Origin: Bacillota bacterium
GTDB lineage: Bacteria; Bacillota; Clostridia; Acetivibrionales; JANLFN01
Direction: 5' to 3'
Assembly: GCA_023397675.1 (NCBI GenBank)
Contig: JAEWTV010000082.1
Span: forward strand, 14,984-78,983
Length of the DNA: 64,000 nucleotides
The notes below the pieces were generated by a model. The model saw only the letters and a program-made list of their open reading frames with translations. It did no database searches and was not told where the DNA came from. Of this stretch, positions 57,553-64,000 are shown one piece after another. Position 1 is the first letter of the stretch; each line of letters begins with the position of its first letter. The position numbers were made by a program, and so were the translations under genes.

Positions 57553-58224
57553 TCAATCAATCTTGTTGTCTTTTGCAAGTTGGAACTGGTCTCTTGCCTT
57601 TTCAAGCAGCATTGCGTTGGAACGTCCTATAGAAGAACTTATGAATTTGCTGAACCATTTGATTGAGTCATCAAAATTTCCAACTCTCCGGTTAAGTTCT
57701 GCAATCATGTACATGCAGGTAGCTTCATCAAGCTTGTCTACTGGAAGCCTTTCCTTTTCGAAAATTTCATTATAGCAATTGAGTGTGAACTGCAAAAATT
57801 CCCTTTCCTTTTCATCCTTTTTCAGCCTGTAAAGCCAGGATATACGAAGGCAAACCTTTGCAAGGTCTACGTTTTTTGCTTTAATAACCTGAAGGTTGAA
57901 CAAGGCTAATTTAAAGGTTTCTAATGCAATATCTATTGTGCGGTCTCCCTTATAACTTCTTTTATTCCATCTTGGTGCAATGGTTTCTGCAATCTTTCCG
58001 GCACTTTTGAAATCAAGCTGCTCAAACTTCTCGGTAAAAGCTGCATAACCGCAATTTTCACATACGCTGATTTCATAGAACATCGGGTTGAGACCTTCAT
58101 AATGAACACAAAAGTCAGAATCCCTTGATTCAACTTTTATTGATTTAGTACGAACCTTTGTAGCTTCAAAGTCCTTATTACATACAGGACATTTAAGCGT
58201 TTTGTTATAAAGTCCCTCATTCAT
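57553..58224 (-). CDS. DUF2225 family protein (zinc-ribbon + TPR-like)
   Basis: CPVCxxxF...CENCGYAAF zinc ribbon at the N-terminus, about 220 aa. Confidence 0.7.
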   Translation of the reverse strand: MNEGLYNKTLKCPVCNKDFEATKVRTKSIKVESRDSDFCVHYEGLNPMFYEISVCENCGYAAFTEKFEQLDFKSAGKIAETIAPRWNKRSYKGDRTIDIALETFKLALFNLQVIKAKNVDLAKVCLRISWLYRLKKDEKEREFLQFTLNCYNEIFEKERLPVDKLDEATCMYMIAELNRRVGNFDDSIKWFSKFISSSIGRSNAMLLEKARDQFQLAKDNKID

Positions 58225-58242
58225 ACACTTTACCCTCTATCT

Positions 58243-59637
58243 CTAAGTAATGTCTTTACCAACACTTTCGTAAGTAACACTGTTAACCTTGAACTGCTGC
58301 GGAACAGGCTTATATTTGTCTTCAGATATTTTATCCCTGTCTATAAGCTTACCGCTGCTGTCGTAAGTTTCTTTGTATAATATTGCACGACAGCCGTTTT
58401 TTGCTTCTCTGGTAAGAATCATCTGTCCAATGGGAACACTATCATCAACAACATACTCTACACCTGTTGGAGGATATTCATCAAATATTTCAGATTTTAG
58501 CTTTACTGTATAATTGTTTTCCGGCTTTTTGCCAAGAAGCCTTATTGTCAAATGATCGCCTTCCAAATATGTCGAGAGGCAAACCGCATATTCTGAATTA
58601 TTCTTAAACTTAAAATCTATAACCCCTTCTGCAATAGTCGCATCCTGTCCAGGCTCACAATAAACCGAAGGCATTGAGTGAGGCGTTCTCTGAACTATTT
58701 TAAGTCCTGATTTCAGTACTGCATCATATAACGTTGTTGTAACCTGGCAGATACCTCCCCCAGGGCTATCAACATATTTATTCTTTAAAATAATTTTTGC
58801 TTCCTGGTAGCCATTCTCAGGAGTTCTGGGGCCAAGAACCGAATCCATCGAAAAGGTGTTCCCCGGTAAAATTATATAATTATCAAGTTTTTTACTTGCA
58901 ATAGCCAAATTATTCGTCCTATTCCTGTCTGACGGGTTGAAATAGGTAGTAAAGGATGAAATAACAGCTGAAATATCCTTTACATCTTCGTAGGTTATAT
59001 CAGGTTTCAACTCCTGCAGTTCAAGTTCGACAGTAAAATTTTCTTCTTTTATATGATTTTCTACCAATTTTAAATTATTGTCAATGTCCAGAAACCATCC
59101 CGGACTATCTTTTGAAACCGTTACAGTCCCTTTTTGATATGTTATCCCGGCTGGCTTACCGGGAGTATCAATTGTTTTCTTTAAATCAGAAAGAATATTT
59201 GTTAAAGCCTGTATATCAAAAAAGTTATGGAGCGTTATGTTATGCTTTCCAAACCATAAGCCTGTAATATCTGCAATTCTTTTGAAAACGTTTCCTTCCC
59301 TGCCATACTTGAATGCCGTTATGGCGGATTCGTTTATCAGATGTCTGAAAGAGATATCGTTTAGTGGTATTATTTTTTCCTTATCCATATATCGCAGAAC
59401 AAGGTTCTTATTATTACAGGCATTGCAATTCTGGGTGAGCTGTGAAACCGCCTGTTCAATGCTCATGCCTGAAACGTTTACATTATTAATATAAACACCG
59501 TCGTAAATTCCTTTATTATTAAGGATAATTACCAATGTAAGTAGTAAACCCGCTAATATTACTAACGGAATTACAATGAGCTTTTTTTTATACCTTTTAA
59601 TAAAATGTAATATATTTTCTGGCAGCATCCAAAACAC
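58243..59637 (-). CDS. VanW family protein
   Basis: TM anchor, a PG-binding-like N-terminal region, a VanW core (GGGICQVTTTLYDAV), and a C-terminal G5-like segment. Confidence 0.8.
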   Translation of the reverse strand: MFWMLPENILHFIKRYKKKLIVIPLVILAGLLLTLVIILNNKGIYDGVYINNVNVSGMSIEQAVSQLTQNCNACNNKNLVLRYMDKEKIIPLNDISFRHLINESAITAFKYGREGNVFKRIADITGLWFGKHNITLHNFFDIQALTNILSDLKKTIDTPGKPAGITYQKGTVTVSKDSPGWFLDIDNNLKLVENHIKEENFTVELELQELKPDITYEDVKDISAVISSFTTYFNPSDRNRTNNLAIASKKLDNYIILPGNTFSMDSVLGPRTPENGYQEAKIILKNKYVDSPGGGICQVTTTLYDAVLKSGLKIVQRTPHSMPSVYCEPGQDATIAEGVIDFKFKNNSEYAVCLSTYLEGDHLTIRLLGKKPENNYTVKLKSEIFDEYPPTGVEYVVDDSVPIGQMILTREAKNGCRAILYKETYDSSGKLIDRDKISEDKYKPVPQQFKVNSVTYESVGKDIT

Positions 59638-59694
59638 CCCTAAAAATATAATCTATATTATAATATTGCTGCCTTGGACATATATATTACATGG

Positions 59695-60876
59695 TTAAGC
59701 ATTATTAGTGATTTTAATTGTTTCCATATTTGCCACCGCTGTTTCGACAAGGTTATTTATGTCAAGCTTGGACTCTGATTCCTCAATTTTTTCAAGAACT
59801 GGTCTTGTTTTAGGGTGCTTTGCAACAAAAACGGTACAACAATCTTCATAAGGTAATATTGAGGTTTCAAAAGTGCCTATCTTTCTTGCTATATCAATAA
59901 CTTCATTTTTGTCCATACCGATAAGAGGTCTGAAAACAGGCATTTCAACTACCGCATTAGTAACTGCAAGGCTTTGTATTGTCTGACTGGCAACCTGACC
60001 TACACTTTCTCCTGTAATAAGTGCAAGTCCTCCAACCTTTCTTGCAACCTTTTCTGAAATCATCATCATAATTCTTCTCATAATGATGGTCATTTGATCT
60101 AGTGGACAATTGTCACGTATCTGAAGCTGTATATCGGTAAAAGGGACTACATGCAAGTTTACCTTTCCGCAATAGGAAGCCAGAATTTTCGCCAGGTCTA
60201 TAACCTTTTCCTTGGCTCTTTCGCTGGTATATGGATAGCTGTAAAAATGGACGGCTTCTATCTCAACCCCTCTTTTTGCAATCATCCAGCCGGCTACAGG
60301 GCTGTCAATTCCTCCCGAAAGTAAAAGGACTGCCTTACCGTTTGTTCCAAGGGGCATACCTCCGTAAGCCGGGATAATTTCAGAATGGACATAGCTATTT
60401 TCCCTAACTTCAAGAAATATTTTAAAGTCTGGATTATTTACATCTACAGTCAATGAAGGGATATTTTCAAGAATATATCCTCCAACCTCGCCGCTTATTT
60501 CAGGAGACTGCATAGGAAACCTTTTGTTGCCGCGTTTTGTCTCAACCTTGAAGGTCTTATACCCATTCTTTTTGACAAGCTGCTGTGCAAGTTCAAGTGC
60601 ATGTTTTCTAATCTCTTCAAAGTCGGTATCAATTTTCCATACACGGCTTACAGAGACTATTCCAAAAACCTTGCAAAGCCTCTGAATTGCTTCATCAAAA
60701 TCATAGTCATCGTTAACAGGCTCAATATATATTCTTGCCTGTGACCTAACAATTTCAATTTTTCCGAGACCGTAAAGAGATTTTTTTATGTTATTCACAA
60801 GCTTTTCTTCAAATACAGGCCTGTTAAGACCCTTCAGTGCAATTTCTCCGTAACGCACAAGTATAATTTCCTTCAT
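59695..60876 (-). CDS. thiI: tRNA 4-thiouridine(8) synthase ThiI
   Basis: THUMP-type N-terminus (LVRYGEIALKG) and PP-loop SGGIDSPVA. The ATG at 60876 avoids overlap with the upstream gene, though 60894 is also possible. Confidence 0.92.
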   Translation of the reverse strand: MKEIILVRYGEIALKGLNRPVFEEKLVNNIKKSLYGLGKIEIVRSQARIYIEPVNDDYDFDEAIQRLCKVFGIVSVSRVWKIDTDFEEIRKHALELAQQLVKKNGYKTFKVETKRGNKRFPMQSPEISGEVGGYILENIPSLTVDVNNPDFKIFLEVRENSYVHSEIIPAYGGMPLGTNGKAVLLLSGGIDSPVAGWMIAKRGVEIEAVHFYSYPYTSERAKEKVIDLAKILASYCGKVNLHVVPFTDIQLQIRDNCPLDQMTIIMRRIMMMISEKVARKVGGLALITGESVGQVASQTIQSLAVTNAVVEMPVFRPLIGMDKNEVIDIARKIGTFETSILPYEDCCTVFVAKHPKTRPVLEKIEESESKLDINNLVETAVANMETIKITNNA

Positions 60877-60877
60877 T

Positions 60878-62032
60878 CTATTTTTTCCCTCCATACCTTA
60901 TTCTGGGGATGATGTCTCTTACGACATCAACAGTATATTCTATATCTTCCCTGCTTATAAACTGTGAAAAGCTGAACCTTATTGCTCCCTGTAAATAGCA
61001 GGATTCGATATTCATTGCTTTAAGTACATGACTAGCGGTATTTTTTCTTGAAGAGCAGGCGGAGCCAGTGGAAACGAATATACCTTTCTCTTCAAGGTGA
61101 TGAAGCATTACTTCCGACTTAAGATTCGAAAAAGCAACATTCAGTATATATGGTGAACCATCATTGGGTGAAATAACAAGGTAGCCTTCTGTTTTTTCAT
61201 TAAGCTGTGCTATAAAAAATTTTTTTAGCTCCGAAAGCTTGGTATTGTTTTCTTCTAGAGCCTTAAACGTTAATTCAGCCGCAAGTCCAAATCCGCTTAC
61301 ACCGGGTACATTCTCGGTACCTGAACGCAGTTTGTTCTCCTGCCCGCCTCCGAAAAGTAAGGGATTTACCTTTATTCCGGCCTTAATATACAAAGCTCCT
61401 ACGCCCTTGGGGCCATGGATTTTATGAGAACTCATTGACATGAGGTCTATTCCTGATTTTTTGGGGTTAATTTGAAGCTTTCCAAAAGCCTGTACTCCAT
61501 CAACGTGTAACACTGTACTACTATTTATTGACTTAATTATCTGAGCTGCTTCTTCAATCGGCTGTACAGCTCCTGTTTCGTTGTTGACATAGATAAGACT
61601 TACAAGGGCTGTATCATTAGTTACAAGACTTTTGAGCATATCAAGTTCAATTTTCCCCTGGCTGTCAACCCCCAGTATATCTACCTTATAGCCATTAGCA
61701 GCAAGATGCCTGTACACCTCAAGCACCGATGGATGCTCAATTGCACTGGTTATTATATGATTTCCCTTACGCTTGTTTGCTAAAAGATAACCCATTATAG
61801 CGGTATTGTTTGATTCTGTTCCTCCCGAAGTAAACAAAATTTCACTGAGTGTAACACCAAGTGAAGAAGCTATACGCTGTCTCGCCTGCTTTACAAGCTT
61901 CTCTGCTTCTATTCCCTTTGTGTGAAGAGATGAAGGATTTCCATAAAATTTATCATTAATTTCGCTTATATAGCTGGTTACTTCATCGTATGCTCTTGTG
62001 GTAGCAGCATTATCGAGATATATTTCCCTCAA
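60878..62032 (-). CDS. cysteine desulfurase (NifS-type, ThiI partner)
   Basis: PLP lysine motif SSHKIHGPKG and active-site loop STGSACSS. Confidence 0.9.
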   Translation of the reverse strand: MREIYLDNAATTRAYDEVTSYISEINDKFYGNPSSLHTKGIEAEKLVKQARQRIASSLGVTLSEILFTSGGTESNNTAIMGYLLANKRKGNHIITSAIEHPSVLEVYRHLAANGYKVDILGVDSQGKIELDMLKSLVTNDTALVSLIYVNNETGAVQPIEEAAQIIKSINSSTVLHVDGVQAFGKLQINPKKSGIDLMSMSSHKIHGPKGVGALYIKAGIKVNPLLFGGGQENKLRSGTENVPGVSGFGLAAELTFKALEENNTKLSELKKFFIAQLNEKTEGYLVISPNDGSPYILNVAFSNLKSEVMLHHLEEKGIFVSTGSACSSRKNTASHVLKAMNIESCYLQGAIRFSFSQFISREDIEYTVDVVRDIIPRIRYGGKK

Positions 62033-62148
62033 TATTAAAACCTCCGAGTGTTGTCAATTAATATAATGTAAAACGCTGATAAAGTAATTTTACCATAATA
62101 ATACCAAAGTGTTTAAAGTGTTTCAATTTTTATTGCAATGAAATACAT

Positions 62149-62176
62149 TTGATTAAAGTCATCTTTTTGTTATAAT
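62149..62176 (+). promoter_or_regulatory. sigma-A type promoter for the 62234 ORF
   Basis: TTGATT, 16 nt, TATAAT. Confidence 0.45.
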
Positions 62177-62233
62177 TATTAGGTATTACAAGTATTATTC
62201 TTTTATTATAATATTGATTTATGCGGGGTACTG

Positions 62234-64000
62234 ATGATTCGAGCATTGTGTAAAATAGAGGAACTACTCAGGAAAAAATGGCTTATACTTTGCATTATAG
62301 CTGCTGCAGGAATAATTGTTTATGTTAATAGCTTTTCTACACCATTTCATTTGGATGACTTTGGCTCTATAAGGGACAATTATTCTATAAGGGATCCACT
62401 GAATGTTGGTGAAATATGGAAGTTTTATTCAAACAGAGTTGTATTATACTTTACTTTATCAATAAATTATTTTATACATCAAACAGCCTACGAAGGTTAT
62501 CATATAACCAATGTAGCAATTCATATCTTTAACGGATTAATTTTCTATTTTATATTGTATAATATTCTAAGTCTCAAGTACTTTAACGGCAAGAAAATTG
62601 CTACCTTCAAGCGTTTTGTCTGTATCCTTGCAGCGGTTATGTTTATTGTGCATCCAATGCAGGTTAATGCAGTAACATATATTGTACAGCGTACAGCCTC
62701 ACTTGCTGCAACCTTCTATTTGCTGGCCATATTCTTCTTTATTAAATTCCGTGTTCACGATAAAGTAAGATATTTTGTTCTGGTAATACTATTTACTATA
62801 CTTGCAATGTTTACTAAGGAAAATACGATCACAATACCTTTTATGCTTATATTTCTGGAGATTCTCTTCTTCCTCAAAGATGGAAAGACCTCCTGGAAAA
62901 AAAGGCTTTTATTCTGCTTTATATTATTGCTAACCGTACCTATAATACCTGGAACCATAAAATTTCTTCATGGTTACAGCCAAAGCGATCCTAATGGGGT
63001 ATTCATGGCAAGTACTTCAATGAATAGAATGTGGTACTTCTATACGTCATTAAATGTAATTGTTTTGTATATTAAGTTATTATTCATACCCGATCATCAA
63101 AACTTCGATTACAGCAACGACTTCCCTATCTCTCATAATATCTGGGAGAACGGGTCTTATATATCACTTACAATTCTTGTTGTAATATTCCTTTTTGCAG
63201 TAAAAAACTTCAGAAAGAATAAGCTTATAACTCTTGGAATTGTATGGTTTTTCATGGGTCTGGCTGTCGAATCAAGCTTTATTTCCATAAAGGATGTTTA
63301 CTTTGAGCATAGGGTTTACTACCCTCTTGCCGGTTTCATAATTGCATTGGCAGGAATAGTTTTTGCAGAATTCAAGTCAAAAGACAGGAAACTGCTTGTA
63401 AAGAAGCCTCTGCTGTACTTTACAATACTATCTGCAATTATTATAATAACAAATTCAGCACTTACTTTAAGGCGTAACTATGTATATTCAGATACTGTAA
63501 GGCTTTGGGCTGATGTTGTTAAAAACGCTCCAAGGAGTGACCGTGGCCACAGCTCTCTTGGTGCAAGCTATCTTGATTATTATGATCCAGATAAGGAAGA
63601 TACAAAAATATATCTGAAAAAGGCTGAGGAAGAGCTTAAAATAGCTATTTCGCAGTATCCAAACAATGATACCGCTCACTGCAACCTTTCAAAGACATAT
63701 TATCTCGAAGGTGAATATGATTTGGCAATAAAGGAAGCTGAGGAAACAAACAAAATAAGCCCATCTGTGTATGCTTTTCACAACATGGGCGTGGCATATC
63801 AGAAAAAGGGTGATTTAAAAAATGCATTATGGGCATTCCAATGTGGTTATAATAGAGATAAAAAGTGTGGTTTCATAATGGATGATTTAGGCAGCTATTA
63901 TTATGAGCAGAAGGATTATGTAAATGCTAAGAAATACTATGAAGAGTACCAAAACAATGCTCCAACTAAAAGCAGCATAATAGCAGGAAGGCTAAAGGAA
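62234..64000 (+). CDS. GT-C-fold membrane glycosyltransferase-like protein with C-terminal TPR repeats (3'-truncated by the window edge, not in the ORF track)
   Basis: Hand translation gives 589 codons with no stop to nt 64000: MIRALCKIEELLRKKWLILCIIAAAG...PFHLDDF. That is a DD motif in the first loop, as in PMT/TMTC enzymes. There are at least 9 hydrophobic segments, then TPR-like YYLEGEYDLAIKEAEE and AYQKKGDLKNALWAF. Confidence 0.7.
   Translation, partial: MIRALCKIEELLRKKWLILCIIAAAGIIVYVNSFSTPFHLDDFGSIRDNYSIRDPLNVGEIWKFYSNRVVLYFTLSINYFIHQTAYEGYHITNVAIHIFNGLIFYFILYNILSLKYFNGKKIATFKRFVCILAAVMFIVHPMQVNAVTYIVQRTASLAATFYLLAIFFFIKFRVHDKVRYFVLVILFTILAMFTKENTITIPFMLIFLEILFFLKDGKTSWKKRLLFCFILLLTVPIIPGTIKFLHGYSQSDPNGVFMASTSMNRMWYFYTSLNVIVLYIKLLFIPDHQNFDYSNDFPISHNIWENGSYISLTILVVIFLFAVKNFRKNKLITLGIVWFFMGLAVESSFISIKDVYFEHRVYYPLAGFIIALAGIVFAEFKSKDRKLLVKKPLLYFTILSAIIIITNSALTLRRNYVYSDTVRLWADVVKNAPRSDRGHSSLGASYLDYYDPDKEDTKIYLKKAEEELKIAISQYPNNDTAHCNLSKTYYLEGEYDLAIKEAEETNKISPSVYAFHNMGVAYQKKGDLKNALWAFQCGYNRDKKCGFIMDDLGSYYYEQKDYVNAKKYYEEYQNNAPTKSSIIAGRLKE

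Noticed and set aside
1-64000. Search by eye for CRISPR arrays, tRNA/rRNA genes, transposases, toxin-antitoxin pairs and known defence-system signatures.
   Set aside because: No regularly spaced direct repeats, cloverleaf-type sequences, rRNA-like stretches or DDE/HUH/serine-recombinase ORFs were seen. The only recombinase is the Xer-type gene at 5646-6614.

Overview
This 64-kb window comes from a low-GC, spore-forming Firmicute (Clostridia-like) chromosome and is mostly core genes. The recognisable blocks are: a sensor kinase, a class B PBP and a BirA-controlled bioY; a Xer-type recombinase, a WYL regulator and a DJ-1 protein; purB; the Bacillus-like rplS-rbgA-rnhB-ylqG-ylqH-yraN block; iscR-iscS-iscU-mnmA; rarA-larA; htrA; glyA; and a cysteine desulfurase-thiI pair. 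There are three GerA-type germinant receptor operons, each with A, B, C and small D genes, and one operon carries a duplicated B gene. The most unusual content is a G+C-rich, heavily base-paired repeat family that I cannot assign to any RNA or IS family. One copy is contiguous, about 570 nt, at 24536-25104. A second copy is split into a 5' half (51388-51648) and a 3' half (53853-54209). The halves bracket about 2.2 kb holding four genes: a membrane protein, a MerR regulator, a lipoprotein and a GNAT. The termini of each copy pair with each other and co-vary between copies, and a 41-nt hairpin module accompanies both. Other items worth a second look are: a 204-nt near-perfect long hairpin between an aminotransferase gene and purB; a tandem glycine riboswitch behind a consensus promoter in front of glyA; a divergent ThyX-fold protein; a Trp-rich repeat micro-protein; a membrane-anchored LarA homologue; and a YraN gene that appears to need a non-AUG start. 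No CRISPR array, tRNA, rRNA or transposase gene was seen. All family assignments come from motif recognition by eye, since no searches could be run.
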